Shown piece after piece: positions 44,077-54,916 of a stretch of DNA of 64,000 nt. The first letter of the stretch is position 1; each line of letters starts with the position of its first letter. This stretch comes from Candidatus Latescibacterota bacterium. GTDB lineage: Bacteria; Latescibacterota; UBA2968; UBA8231. A program made the translations under genes and the position numbers. The stretch spans positions 288,001 through 352,000 of the forward strand of contig CBDAOB010000002.1 of NCBI GenBank assembly GCA_965197905.1, given 5' to 3'. The notes under the pieces are model-generated. The model was not told where the DNA came from. It ran no database searches and saw nothing but the letters and a program-made list of their open reading frames with translations.

Positions 44077-45948
44077 ATGTTCCACAAGATTTCCGATCAT
44101 TTGTACCGCTTCGAAGACACTTGCAATGTCTACGTAGTAACGAATGGTTCGAAAGCGGTTCTGATCGACTTCGGCAGCGGTCGGGTTCTGGATCATCTCG
44201 GCGAGCTGGGCGTTACCCAGATCGACTGGATCTTGCACACCCACCACCATCGCGATCAGTGTCAGGGCGACAAGATAGCCAACGAACGAAACATTCCGAT
44301 CGCGGTACCATCCCACGAACAGCCGTATTTCGAGGAAGTCGAGGTCTTCTGGGGTTCCAGGCAGATCTACAACATCTACAATGTGCGCCAGACCTTCTTT
44401 ACTCTTGCAGAGAGCGTGCGAACCGCACGCACACTTGACGACTACGAGACGTTCGAGTGGGGCCCGTACCGTTTTTTCATACAACCCACGCCCGGTCACA
44501 CCCTCGGTCATATCGCGCTTATCGCCGAAATCGACGGGGCGCGGGTCGCCTTCAGCGGCGATCTCATTAGCAAGCCGGGAAAGATCCAGACCCTCTACGA
44601 TCTGCAGTATTCCTACGGGTCAGGTGATGGATCCGATTACATGGTGTATTCCCTGGCCAAGATGCGTGAACGAGAGACGGATCTGCTTTGCCCCTCCCAT
44701 GGCGATCCGTTCGGTGATACCGCGACAGCGCTGAATGATCTGGAGGTCAAATTCCGTGAATATTTAGCGCATCGATGGGGGATCACGACACCGACGCACG
44801 ATATCGCGCCTACCTCCATTTCTCCGCACCTCATCCATATACCAGGTTGTTCGAACACCTGGATCGTGGTCAGCGACAGCGGCAAAGCGCTCTTCGTCGA
44901 TTACGGCTCGCAGAGCCTCACGTTCATGTACTCATACACGGTGTTCTTCGAGGCCGGCAATCGCCTGCGTATGCAGGAGCACAACTTGGATTTACTGCGT
45001 GAGAAGTTCGGCGTAAAGCAGATCGATCTGGCGCTGCCCAGCCATTACCACGACGATCATGTCAACGGGCTGCCTTACCTGCAGAAGCACCACGACACCC
45101 GAATCTGGTGTTATGAGAACATGGTGGATATCCTTCAGCACCCGCACGGCTACAAGCTGGGCTGCACCCATTTCGAGCCCCTCACCGTCGAGCGCGGGTT
45201 GGGACAAGGAGAGACCTTCAAGTGGGAGGAGTACGAGTTCCAGGTTTTTCATACACCTGGACATGCCGATTATCACATGGCGATGTTCGGCACCATCGAT
45301 GGCAAAAGGGTGGCCTTCTCAGGGGATGAGGTCGGCTTGAGAGATGGCGGATACAAATCCAACAACATCTGGCGCAACCATGTTCATGCCAACTCACATG
45401 AGATCACCGGTAAGCTGTACCTAGAACACCAGCCTGAGTTGACTTGCCCTGGCCACGGGGGGCCGTTCGATATCGGACCTGATGACTGGCAGAAGTATCA
45501 TGACTGGTGCATGAAGGAACAGCAGCACTGGCGTGGTTTGGCGGCACCCGAAAACTTGGAAGAGGCCGTCTATCCGGACTACGTATTCCTCTATCCGTAT
45601 CAGCCACCGGCTGAACCTGGCGGCGAGGTGCGGATGCAGGTCTGGTTCGAGAACATCTTCCCCGAGACCGCTACGTTGGACTACCGTCTCGTTTTACCGT
45701 CCGGATGGTCCGCGGAACCTGACAGCGGCAGCCTCACCGCATCTGTAGGCGAAAAGGTCGTGCAGGATTTCGTGCTGCGGGTCCTGGCATCACAGCCGAC
45801 AACCTATCGACGACAGGCGTTCACGCTGGATGCTACTATCAATGGGAAGCATTTGGGAGAGCTGGCCGAAGCCGTGGTAGACCTGCGCCCCGATCTCGAC
45901 TGGGGTACTCGCGGGCAAGCTCCGCGGCGCTCGGCAGCGGACGAATAG
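44077..45948 (+). CDS. Metallo-beta-lactamase-fold hydrolase with two MBL domains
   Basis: THHHRDQ/TPGHT/SGD/PSHG and SHYHDDH/TPGH/SGD/PGHG. ATG at 44077 after AGGAG. Confidence 0.85.
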   Translation: MFHKISDHLYRFEDTCNVYVVTNGSKAVLIDFGSGRVLDHLGELGVTQIDWILHTHHHRDQCQGDKIANERNIPIAVPSHEQPYFEEVEVFWGSRQIYNIYNVRQTFFTLAESVRTARTLDDYETFEWGPYRFFIQPTPGHTLGHIALIAEIDGARVAFSGDLISKPGKIQTLYDLQYSYGSGDGSDYMVYSLAKMRERETDLLCPSHGDPFGDTATALNDLEVKFREYLAHRWGITTPTHDIAPTSISPHLIHIPGCSNTWIVVSDSGKALFVDYGSQSLTFMYSYTVFFEAGNRLRMQEHNLDLLREKFGVKQIDLALPSHYHDDHVNGLPYLQKHHDTRIWCYENMVDILQHPHGYKLGCTHFEPLTVERGLGQGETFKWEEYEFQVFHTPGHADYHMAMFGTIDGKRVAFSGDEVGLRDGGYKSNNIWRNHVHANSHEITGKLYLEHQPELTCPGHGGPFDIGPDDWQKYHDWCMKEQQHWRGLAAPENLEEAVYPDYVFLYPYQPPAEPGGEVRMQVWFENIFPETATLDYRLVLPSGWSAEPDSGSLTASVGEKVVQDFVLRVLASQPTTYRRQAFTLDATINGKHLGELAEAVVDLRPDLDWGTRGQAPRRSAADE

Positions 45949-45977
45949 GTGCCGATTCGGGCGAGTCTATACCGGAC

Positions 45978-46556
45978 TTACCGCCCCGCGTTCATGCGTT
46001 TGCGCTCGGCGATGAGCAGCTCGATCCAGTGTTTCATGTACTGACCGTGGTCCATCCAGGTACGGCCGCTGATCAGGTTGCCGTCGATGACGCACGCTTC
46101 GTTGACGAAGGTGCCGCCGCACACCTCGAGATCAAACTGACATTTGGGCACGGTGGCCATGCGGCGTCCCTCAACACAACCAGCGCGGGCGGGGATCTCG
46201 ACCCCGTGGCAGACGCAGCCGATCGGCTTGTCGTGATCGAAGAACCAGCGAGTGACACGGATCAGGTCGGGGTTGTCGCGGGTGTATTCGGGGGCGCGGC
46301 CGCCGGAGAAGAAGATGCCGGCGTACTCTTCGGGCACGATGTCGCGGAAGGCGATGTCGGCCTGGATGGTATACCCTTCGAACTCGCGCGTGATGTCCCA
46401 GCCCTCCGGTGGCTCGTGCAACACCATGTGGTAACGCTTGGCCTCGGGACCGGCGCAGACGGGGACGAAGCCATCCTCCTGGACGCGAAGGACGGGGTAG
46501 AGGGTGTCGACGGTTTCAGTTGCTTCGCCGATGATGATAAGAACTCTGTCGCTCAT
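45978..46556 (-). CDS. DJ-1/PfpI family protein
   Basis: GGRAPEY, VCHG, DGNLISGRTWxD. ATG at 46556 after GGAG. Confidence 0.88.
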   Translation of the reverse strand: MSDRVLIIIGEATETVDTLYPVLRVQEDGFVPVCAGPEAKRYHMVLHEPPEGWDITREFEGYTIQADIAFRDIVPEEYAGIFFSGGRAPEYTRDNPDLIRVTRWFFDHDKPIGCVCHGVEIPARAGCVEGRRMATVPKCQFDLEVCGGTFVNEACVIDGNLISGRTWMDHGQYMKHWIELLIAERKRMNAGR

Positions 46557-46648
46557 GAAATAACTCTCCGTGGACAGAACTGTGGTTGCGAAGATAACCC
46601 GAGTGGGCATGTCGGGCGACCCCTTGATCCCAACGTCCCGGCGCTCAT

Positions 46649-47536
46649 TTACAACCCGTGCTTCTCCACCCAATCCAGATAACGACTCGCGCAAAAGTCC
46701 AGATTCTTCTCGCTGCCCCCGCCTCGCAGGGGAGAGCACATCTCGAATGTAGATGCACCGTCGAATCCGCCCTCAGCCAAGCCCTGGAAGAATCCCTCGT
46801 AATCGATGAAGCCGTCCCCAAAGGGCACGGCGCGGACCATCGAGGGTTCGGCCGGCTGGTAGTTGACCGCATCGGGCCGGTAGTGAAAGCGCGGCAAACG
46901 CACGTAGTCGGCGCTGGTGGTTATGGCTGTATGCGGGGCCATGCGTTTTGCCACTTCGGCGACATCCTCTCCCCGCAACGCGGGGGACCAGGCGTCAAAT
47001 CCCAGCTTGCAGTTGCGTCGGTCTATGTCGGTAAGAAGCTCCAGCAGACTGTCGCTATGAACCCCAATGTCGTGGTGGTTCTGAATCGCGATGGTGACCT
47101 GATGCTCTGCGGCCCTATCGCTGCATTCTTGCAGGCTGGTGACCACCCGGTTCCATACCGTAGCCAACGGCTGCCCCTCTGCCTCGTAAGCGGTGAACAC
47201 CCGAACGACTCGAGCGCCCAAGCCAGCGGCTGTGGCGGCCAGTGCCTCGACGTAGCCGATTTGCATCTCAAGGGCGGGAATGTCGGACGGGCCGGCCCCC
47301 GAGAAGTCCGTATAACCGGCGATCACTTCACAGGTGACGCCTTCCTGATCCAAATGGGATTTGAGCTCGCCAATCAGCTCCGGTGTTGCATCCAATGGTG
47401 ACAGATGCGGACGTTTGCCCGCGATCATCACGCCGTCGTAGCCCAACGCCGCTGCCTTGCTGATGAACTCGGTCAGCTCGAGGCGGTGCTGTCCCCAGAA
47501 CCCGGCGTAGCTTATGGAAAACAGGCAATGTTTCAC
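46649..47536 (-). CDS. Sugar phosphate isomerase/epimerase (xylose isomerase-like TIM barrel)
   Basis: LGYDGV, IQNHHD, LGFDAW, PFGDGFIDY, FE. GTG at 47536 after GAGG. Confidence 0.82.
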   Translation of the reverse strand: MKHCLFSISYAGFWGQHRLELTEFISKAAALGYDGVMIAGKRPHLSPLDATPELIGELKSHLDQEGVTCEVIAGYTDFSGAGPSDIPALEMQIGYVEALAATAAGLGARVVRVFTAYEAEGQPLATVWNRVVTSLQECSDRAAEHQVTIAIQNHHDIGVHSDSLLELLTDIDRRNCKLGFDAWSPALRGEDVAEVAKRMAPHTAITTSADYVRLPRFHYRPDAVNYQPAEPSMVRAVPFGDGFIDYEGFFQGLAEGGFDGASTFEMCSPLRGGGSEKNLDFCASRYLDWVEKHGL

Positions 47537-47586
47537 TTGCAACCTCTTGGCTGTTATGCAACCAACCCACTTTAGTATCGAGGATC

Positions 47587-47604
47587 GAATATCGCACGAT
47601 ATTC
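47587..47604. promoter_or_regulatory. Putative operator palindrome
   Basis: GAATATCG-CA-CGATATTC between divergent genes. Confidence 0.5.
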
Positions 47605-47652
47605 TGTTTTTATACATAGTTTGAGGAATCATCTCAACATCCCGAGCCACCA

Positions 47653-48396
47653 ATGGAGCAAGCCATGCTCACCTACGAAAGCACCTGGGAAGAGATCGAA
47701 ACTGCAAAACCAGAGGGCGCCGTGATCGGTATTGGCGCCATCGAGCAGCACGGACCCCACCTGCCGCTCAACATGGATTGTCTGAGCGCCGAGTACCTGG
47801 CGCGGGGCATTGCCGAGGAGTTCGGTTGGTATCAACTCCCGACCTCGCCCATCGGCGCTAGCGCCGAGCACATGGATTTTCCGGGAACACTGACCCTTCG
47901 TTCAGAGACCCTGATCGCCATCTTCTCGGACATTCTGGACTCCATCAAGCGTCACGGGATCGCCAAGCTTACCATCGTATCCGGGCACGGGGGGAACTGG
48001 TTCTTGAAAATGATGGTGCGGGAGCTCAACTACCGACATGCCGATTTCACCACCTTCCTGGTCAACACGGATCGATGGTTCTATCCCGTGCTTTTGCAGA
48101 TGTCGGAGGACGCGTCTCTGCACCACGCTGGAGAACACGAAACAGGTGTGGTGATGTTTCTGCGGCCCGATCTGGTAAAACCTGCTCCGCACGAGGATTG
48201 CAACCCAGATTACGGGTTCGACATGTTGGACCTGGTTCAATCCCGCAAGCTGGTTCCATCCGGGGTTTGGGGATACGCTGCGAAAGCGACGCCCGAAAAG
48301 GGCAAGGAATTTCTGGAGAAGGGGCTGCAGGCCGCAGTCACGTATATTCGGTCGCGACTCGAGCTGGTCAGCGAACTGAGCGGCGCGAGCGACTAG
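47653..48396 (+). CDS. Creatininase/creatinine amidohydrolase family
   Basis: GAIEQHGPHLP..D, SAEHMDFPGT, SGHGGN, HAGEHET. Confidence 0.9.
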   Translation: MEQAMLTYESTWEEIETAKPEGAVIGIGAIEQHGPHLPLNMDCLSAEYLARGIAEEFGWYQLPTSPIGASAEHMDFPGTLTLRSETLIAIFSDILDSIKRHGIAKLTIVSGHGGNWFLKMMVRELNYRHADFTTFLVNTDRWFYPVLLQMSEDASLHHAGEHETGVVMFLRPDLVKPAPHEDCNPDYGFDMLDLVQSRKLVPSGVWGYAAKATPEKGKEFLEKGLQAAVTYIRSRLELVSELSGASD

Positions 48397-48480
48397 GACG
48401 ACCGAGCAGCAGCGGAGTGGGGCGGACAGCGCCTGGCGGAGCGAGCGGACCCAGAGACTCAGAATTAGTCGTCACAGCTC

Positions 48481-49655
48481 TCAAAACAGAATCTCAACAC
48501 CCTTTTGCAGCAGCCCTCGGGCCACGACACCCCGATGGATCTCCGAGGTTCCGTCGTAGATGCGCGCGACCCGGGCATCGCGGTAGATCCTCTCGATCGG
48601 CAGGTCTTTGCAGTAGCCCATGCCCCCAAACATCTGCACCGCGCGATCGGCGATTCTGCCCAGCGTTTCCGCGGCATTCACTTTGACCATCGACACCTTC
48701 TCCCGCGGGTCCCTGTCCTGATCGATCTCCCAGGCCGCTTCCAGCACCAGCAAGCGCGCGCAGTCCAGCTCGATGGCGCTGTCGGCCAACATGGTTTGCA
48801 CCATCTGGAAGTCGCCGATCGGTTTCCCGAACTGGTGTCGCTCATTGGCGTGATCGATCATCATGGACAACACCCGACGCGCCATGCCAATGGCTCGGGC
48901 GCCGATATGGAAAAGACGGATGCGGCCGAGGGTGGATAACAACAAGCCCGACCACGGCCGCGCTCGCCGAGCAGGTGCTCCGGCCCCAGCTTCACGTTCT
49001 CAAAGACCAGCTCCACGAAGCTGGTTCCGCGCAGCCCCATCATCGGCATATCTCGCGTCACTGTCAGGCCCGGCATCGATTTGTCTACAATGAAGAGCGA
49101 GATTCCCCGCGATCCTTCCGCCGGCTCGCTGCGTGCCGAGACCACGAAGAAATCGGAGAAGGCGCCATCGCCGATTGGGCGCTTGCAGCCGTTCAAAATC
49201 CAGCCATCACCGTCAGGTTCGGCAGAGGTCGTAATGCCGGCGGCGTCGGAGCCGGCTTCCGGCTCGGTCATGGCGATGGAGCAGGTGCGCTCGCCACGCA
49301 CGGCGGGCAGCAGCCATTCCTCGCGTTGTGCTGCGTTGCAGGCCAGGAGCACCTCGTAGACGTTGCCGAAAGCACGGCGGACGAGAATGTCGGTGGTCTG
49401 CCCCATCTCCTGCTCGACGTGGCTCATCTCCACCGCGCTGAGCCCACCACCTCCAAATTCCGTGGGGATGTTCATGGCGTAGAAACCGACATCCCGCGAC
49501 TTTTCAAAGATCTGGAGCGCTGTTTCGGGCTCCAATATCCCCTTCGTTTCGACCTCTTCCTCAAGGGGTTGCAACTCGTCGCGCACAAATCGACGGACGG
49601 CTTCCACTTGAATTTGCACCTGATCGCTCAACGAAAAATCCACGAGAGTCCTCAC
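48481..49655 (-). pseudogene. Acyl-CoA dehydrogenase, split by a 1-nt frameshift near 48950 (or sequencing error)
   Basis: AMTEPEAGSD and MGLRG in 48861-49655, RHQFGKPI, QMFGGMGY and IYDGTSEI in 48481-48945. One extra base restores GRGLGLLLSTLG. Confidence 0.85.
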
Positions 49656-49793
49656 CTAGGTTTTCGCGCTTGGCCCCATTGCCAACAACTCGGCGTTTTC
49701 CCCGAACGTCGCCCGGTAGTTGCAGAAACAGTATAGCAATCGCTTCTTGTTAGGGCGATTCTATTCCCCGTTTCGAACCGGAGATTTGTCCCA

Positions 49794-51308
49794 TTGAAAG
49801 CGATCATGGTAATGTTCGATTCCCTGAATCGACGCATGTTACCCCCTTACGGCTGCGACTGGGTGCAGGCGCCTAATTTTCAGCGCCTCTCCGAGCACAC
49901 CCTGACCTTCGACTCGAGCTACATCTGCTCCATGCCGTGTATGCCGGCGCGTCGCGATCTGCATACCGGCCGGCCCAACTTTCTGCACCGCTCCTGGGGC
50001 CCGCTAGAGCCGTTCGACGATTCGGTACCGCGCATGCTACGGGACAACGGGGTCAGCAGCCATCTGGTTAGCGATCACCAGCACTACTGGGAAACCGGCG
50101 GTGCCACCTATCATACCCAGTATAGCACCTGGCAGTTTCATCGAGGTCAGGAGGGGGACCCATGGATGGGGCAGGTGGCCGATCCTCCGGAGCTTCGCGC
50201 CCACGGCCGCAATGCCAGCGACACCGGTGTAGAGCGCCAGGATCGCATCAATCGTGAGTTCATACAACGGGAAGAGGACCAGCCGCAGGCCAAGACCTTC
50301 GCCTCCGGCATCGATTTCATCCGTCGCAATCATAGCGAAGACAACTGGTTCCTGCAGATAGAAACCTTCGACCCACACGAACCGTTCTTCAACCAACCGC
50401 AGTATCAGGACCTTTACCAGGAGTTGATGGGAGACCGCACGGCACCGTTGTTTGACTGGCCTTCCTACGGCAAGGTTACAGAAAGTCCCGAGCTGGTGGC
50501 GCAATGCCGCGGACATTACGCCGCTCTGGTAAGCATGTGCGACGCCCGGCTGGGGGAGGTGATGGACGAGATGGATCGACTGAATCTGTGGGAGGACACC
50601 ATGTTGATGGTCTGGACCGACCACGGATTCCTCCTGGGTGAGCACGACTGGTGGGCCAAGCTGCGCATGCCGTGGTACCAGGAGCTGGCGAACACCCCGT
50701 TTTTCGTCTGGGATCCGCGTACGGGTCAAAGCGGCGAGAGGCGTCAAAGTCTGGTGCAACCGTCCATCGATCTGGGTCCGACACTACTGGATTTCTTCGG
50801 CCTGGCTTCCGCCCCGGACATGCTGGGGAAGAATCTGTGCGAGACGATCGCCTCGGATGCAGCTGCTCGAGAGAGCGCCATCTTCGGTCATCACGGTGGT
50901 CACGTGAACCTGACCGACGGCCGTTACGTATACATGCGGGCGCCGGCAAATGCTGACAACGAACCGCTCTTCGACTACACGCTGATGCCGGCGCGCATGA
51001 AGAATTTGTTTCGCACCGAGGAACTCAAAGATGCGGAGCTCGTATCGCCGTTCTCTTTCACGAAGGAGTGCCCGCTGTTGAAGATGGGTCGGCCCAACCT
51101 GGAGCCCGATCCACATGCTCCCGGCAAGTTGCGGTCCGTTGGTACCGCCGATGTTTTCGAGACGATGCTCTTCGATCTAGACAGCGATCCGCAGCAGCTG
51201 CAGAGAATCGACGAACCGGATCTTGAAGCGAAGCTTGCTGCGCAAATGGTAAAGCTTATGCGTGAGTGCGACGCACCAGAGGAACAGTATCAGCGACTGG
51301 GATTGTGA
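49794..51308 (+). CDS. Sulfatase (Cys-type formylglycine motif)
   Basis: FDSLN, CMPARRDLHTG (CxPxR), DPHEPF, TDHG. Confidence 0.9.
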   Translation: MKAIMVMFDSLNRRMLPPYGCDWVQAPNFQRLSEHTLTFDSSYICSMPCMPARRDLHTGRPNFLHRSWGPLEPFDDSVPRMLRDNGVSSHLVSDHQHYWETGGATYHTQYSTWQFHRGQEGDPWMGQVADPPELRAHGRNASDTGVERQDRINREFIQREEDQPQAKTFASGIDFIRRNHSEDNWFLQIETFDPHEPFFNQPQYQDLYQELMGDRTAPLFDWPSYGKVTESPELVAQCRGHYAALVSMCDARLGEVMDEMDRLNLWEDTMLMVWTDHGFLLGEHDWWAKLRMPWYQELANTPFFVWDPRTGQSGERRQSLVQPSIDLGPTLLDFFGLASAPDMLGKNLCETIASDAAARESAIFGHHGGHVNLTDGRYVYMRAPANADNEPLFDYTLMPARMKNLFRTEELKDAELVSPFSFTKECPLLKMGRPNLEPDPHAPGKLRSVGTADVFETMLFDLDSDPQQLQRIDEPDLEAKLAAQMVKLMRECDAPEEQYQRLGL

Positions 51309-51338
51309 GCATTTTTATCATCGATTAGGGAGATTCTC

Positions 51339-52703
51339 GTGACCACTACCGCAACGCTGTCCCTCGATCAGTTGCTGGCTACCTACGAGCAGAACAATCC
51401 AAATTCCGAACAGCTGTTCCAGCGCGCCCAGAATTCTCTGCCGGGCGGGAATACCCGCACCGGTGCGTATTTCCCACCGTTTCCGATCTACATCGAGCGC
51501 GGTGAAGGGTCGTTTCTGATCGATGCGGATGGCCATCGGTTAGTCGATTTCGTCAACAACCAGACGGCGCTGATCCTGGGACACGCCCATCCTGACATCG
51601 TCCGCGAGCTGCAACAGCAGGTGGCGAAAGGAACGGCGTTCTCTCGACCTACGCCTCTCGAAGTAGAGATGGCGGAAGTGCTGCGGGAAAGGGTGCCCTC
51701 GATGGAACGGGTGCGTTTCTGCAGCTCCGGCACCGAGGCGGTAATGAATGCATTCCGCGCGGCACGAGCGTTCACCGGGCGTTCGAGGATTGCCAAGTTC
51801 GAAGGGGCGTACCACGGCATGGATGCACCTGCCATGATCAGCCATGCCCCGGGCGCGGGACCACATCTGGGGGAGGCGGTGTGTCCGAATTCGGTAGCTT
51901 CGACGGCTGGACTTCCCCCCGGCACTAACCGCGAGGTCCTCGTGCTTCCGTTCAATGATGCTGTGGCGTGCGATGCCCTCATCTCCGAACATGCCAACGA
52001 TCTGGCCGCCGTGATCGTGGACCCGGTTTCTTCCGGAGCGGGTTTAGCCGCACCTCAAGAAGGCTTCCTGACCCAACTCCGCGAGATGACGAGCCGTGCG
52101 GAGATCCTGTTGATCTTCGACGAGATCATCAGCTTCCGCGTCGCTCCCGGCGGCGCCCAGGAACTCTACGGGGTTCGACCCGACCTGACGACGTTGGGCA
52201 AGGTGATCGCCGGCGGCACGGCGGGCGCAGCGTTTGGTGGGCGCCAGGATATCATGGCGGCCTACGATCCAACGTCGGGCCGTCCATCCATTCCGCACAA
52301 CGGCACCTACAACGGCTGGCCCCTGGCGATGGTCGCCGGTCTCACGACGTTGCAACACCTGACACCGGATGTTTACGAGAAGTTGGGATCAGAAGTGGAG
52401 CGCATCGGCTCCGAGCTGAATAGTGCGTTCGAGGCCGGTGGAATTCGTGCCCGGGTAGCCGTTATCGGTTCTATCTTTCGGATTCACTTCGCCGACGAAC
52501 TGCCCACGAACTATCGCGAGGCGGCGGCCGGCAACAAGGAGATGTTTCGGTGGTTGTTCTTCTGGCTCTTGAACCACGGCATCAATTGGGCGGAACACGG
52601 GAATGTGTCGATCGCCACCGAGTCGGAGCAGGTGGATCGGTTTATCGAAACGATCGTCGAGGCTTTGCCTCACTTAGAGGCGCTGCAGCAGGACGTGCGC
52701 TAA
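51339..52703 (+). CDS. Class III aminotransferase (glutamate-1-semialdehyde aminomutase-like)
   Basis: LGHAHP, SGTEAVM, FEGAYHG, LIFDEII, LGKVIAGG. Confidence 0.9.
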   Translation: MTTTATLSLDQLLATYEQNNPNSEQLFQRAQNSLPGGNTRTGAYFPPFPIYIERGEGSFLIDADGHRLVDFVNNQTALILGHAHPDIVRELQQQVAKGTAFSRPTPLEVEMAEVLRERVPSMERVRFCSSGTEAVMNAFRAARAFTGRSRIAKFEGAYHGMDAPAMISHAPGAGPHLGEAVCPNSVASTAGLPPGTNREVLVLPFNDAVACDALISEHANDLAAVIVDPVSSGAGLAAPQEGFLTQLREMTSRAEILLIFDEIISFRVAPGGAQELYGVRPDLTTLGKVIAGGTAGAAFGGRQDIMAAYDPTSGRPSIPHNGTYNGWPLAMVAGLTTLQHLTPDVYEKLGSEVERIGSELNSAFEAGGIRARVAVIGSIFRIHFADELPTNYREAAAGNKEMFRWLFFWLLNHGINWAEHGNVSIATESEQVDRFIETIVEALPHLEALQQDVR

Positions 52704-52758
52704 CAATCTTACTTGGATGGCGACAGCGCTGAGGGGGCCGGCGATGCGCTCGCTGTCG

Positions 52759-53841
52759 TCACTCGGAAGCAAGTTTCTCTCTCAGCAGCTTCGTTCCCTC
52801 GCACATGGCCGCAAGCTTCAGGTAAGCGCGGTCCAGCAGCTCGCCGCGTCCGGCGGTTGTGGCAAAACCACAGTCCGGGTTGATCGTGATCCGGTCGGGG
52901 TCGACAAACTCGAGCGCCGCTTCGGCTCGCCGAACCACGACCTCCGGGGTCTCGACCACCTCGTCGCGGGGCACTACAACACCCAACCCCAGGATTTTGT
53001 TCGTCGGAAAGTCAGCCATGGACTGCAGGCTTCGGGCAACGGTGCTGTTGAATTCCATCGCCAAGCGGTCCGCATGTATGCCCTCGACCGCTTTCTTCAT
53101 CAGATCGGTCCCTTCGGGAAGGGCGGATCTGGGTTCGCCGTGGCCGTGGCACAAATGCACCGTCATGAAGATATCGTCCAAACCGTCGGTGACCCGGTTG
53201 ATCGTTTCCACTGACAGTGCCACAACCTCTTCGGGAGTATCGGATTCATTGCCGTAGACGGCCGGGCTCGCCAGGCGGGGTAACAGCGGTTCGTCCAATT
53301 GCACCGCGTCGACGCCCATCTTACCCAGCTCCACGATCTCCTCGCGGATGATAGGAGCGCAGGCCAACACAAAACTGCGTTTGGTGGGATAGGCCGTGGC
53401 CGAGTGTTCCGGATGCCACATCAGATCGGCCAGGGTGCACGGCGCCGGCAGGGTCACCAGGGTTTTGCGGTCGGTGTTCTTCAAGAGGAACTCCGCGTCG
53501 TCGGCGGCGATAGGACCGCGGCGCTCGAGCGGTTTTTCAACGAAGGCAAGCTGGGTGAGTGGTCCGCGCTGAACCCGCTCGCGTCGGAAACCGCCCACCT
53601 TGTCCGCAAACACGCGGACGTAATTCTCCCGCCGCCACTCTCCGTCGGAGATGTAGTCCAACCCGGTGCGTTCCTGCATGCGGATTGCACTTAAAACCGC
53701 GGTATCGAGGAGTTGGTCCGCATCCGCCCAGGACAACGCGCCCCTGGTTCGTTGCTGAATTATGTCCACCACCCACCGAGGGCGCGGCAGGCTGCCCACA
53801 ACCATCGTGGGAAAGAGGGGGTCAAACCTCGGTCTGGCCAT
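52759..53841 (-). CDS. Cobalamin-independent methionine synthase II (single-barrel MetE-like) family
   Basis: VGSLPRP, SDGEWRR, VQLDEP, HLC, NPDCGF zinc ligands. Confidence 0.85.
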   Translation of the reverse strand: MARPRFDPLFPTMVVGSLPRPRWVVDIIQQRTRGALSWADADQLLDTAVLSAIRMQERTGLDYISDGEWRRENYVRVFADKVGGFRRERVQRGPLTQLAFVEKPLERRGPIAADDAEFLLKNTDRKTLVTLPAPCTLADLMWHPEHSATAYPTKRSFVLACAPIIREEIVELGKMGVDAVQLDEPLLPRLASPAVYGNESDTPEEVVALSVETINRVTDGLDDIFMTVHLCHGHGEPRSALPEGTDLMKKAVEGIHADRLAMEFNSTVARSLQSMADFPTNKILGLGVVVPRDEVVETPEVVVRRAEAALEFVDPDRITINPDCGFATTAGRGELLDRAYLKLAAMCEGTKLLREKLASE

Positions 53842-54910
53842 ACTTGCCTTCGATGCCCAGCTCGCCAAGAATGGTTTCGATCTTCCGCCAGACGGGGGCT
53901 TCAATCGGGACGCCCTCGGACTGACGCCTTGTCCGCTCGCGGGCAGCTCGCTCTCCGGGCATCAGGATCTCATCCACACCCGGCGCCCGTTTTACACCCT
54001 TCAAGTCGGAAACGTATTGTCGAACGAGCTCTCCAAACCTTTCCTTCGAAACGAATCTCTCCGGATCGATAACCAGCACGAACAGACCGTTGCGATCGGT
54101 CACCTCGACCTTGCCGGCGCTGCAGCCGGCGCCGCTCAGTCCGCCGGCCAGGACATCGACGATCAGTGAAAGGGCGAATCCCTTATGCCCCGCCACCATT
54201 CCACCCAGCGGCAACAGGGCACTCAGCGGAGGGGACTTCAAGGCCGGCGCCACGTCCGTTGACGGCCGGCCCCGTTCGTCGATCAGCCAACCCTCAGGGG
54301 CGTCCTTGTCTTCGGCGGCAAGCATCGAGAGCTTGCCTCCGGCAGCGACGCTGGTGGACATGTCGATGACGATCGGCTCGTCGTCTTTCCACGGGATTCC
54401 CGCTGCGATCGGGTTGGTGCTGAGGAACGGTTCGACACTGCCCCAGGGCGCCACAAACGGATTGCCACCTGCGTCATTGACCATCACTACCGCAACCAGC
54501 CCATCCAGAGCGGGGGCTATCACGTAGCTGCCGAGGCGAGCGACATCGGTGCAGTGCACGACGCTGAGACAGCCGATGCCGGTGACAGCGGCCTTGGCGG
54601 ACGCCTGGCGAATTGCTTCGACGGCGGTTACCGGTCCGAATCCGAAGTGTGCGTCCAGGTGTGCCACCGAAGCGGTTTCACAAAGGGTCTCAAGCCGCGC
54701 GTCGGGAACAATAGATCCGCTGCGAATACCCTCGACGTAGAGCGGCAGGCGCATGAAACCGTGGGAATCGTATCCGGAGAGCGAGGCTTCCAGTAGGGTT
54801 TCGACGACGATCTCGCACTCCTCGGGCGGGACCTTAAGGCGCGAAAAGATGTCTCGCATCAAGTCGGCGAGTGAGCGGTGAGCAAGCCGCACAGAGGGCG
54901 TTTCAGGCAT
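53822..54910 (-). CDS. Ldh_2 family (malate/L-lactate/ureidoglycolate-type) oxidoreductase
   Basis: GYDSHG, STNPIA, DMSTS, LLPLGG..GHKG, MPGER. Confidence 0.9.
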   Translation of the reverse strand: MPETPSVRLAHRSLADLMRDIFSRLKVPPEECEIVVETLLEASLSGYDSHGFMRLPLYVEGIRSGSIVPDARLETLCETASVAHLDAHFGFGPVTAVEAIRQASAKAAVTGIGCLSVVHCTDVARLGSYVIAPALDGLVAVVMVNDAGGNPFVAPWGSVEPFLSTNPIAAGIPWKDDEPIVIDMSTSVAAGGKLSMLAAEDKDAPEGWLIDERGRPSTDVAPALKSPPLSALLPLGGMVAGHKGFALSLIVDVLAGGLSGAGCSAGKVEVTDRNGLFVLVIDPERFVSKERFGELVRQYVSDLKGVKRAPGVDEILMPGERAARERTRRQSEGVPIEAPVWRKIETILGELGIEGKYGQTEV

Positions 54911-54916
54911 ATGTGA

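Noticed and set aside
39691..45948. Lhr + MBL as an anti-phage defence system
   Set aside because: Lhr is a widespread repair helicase, the MBL resembles small-molecule hydrolases, and there is no defence-island context.
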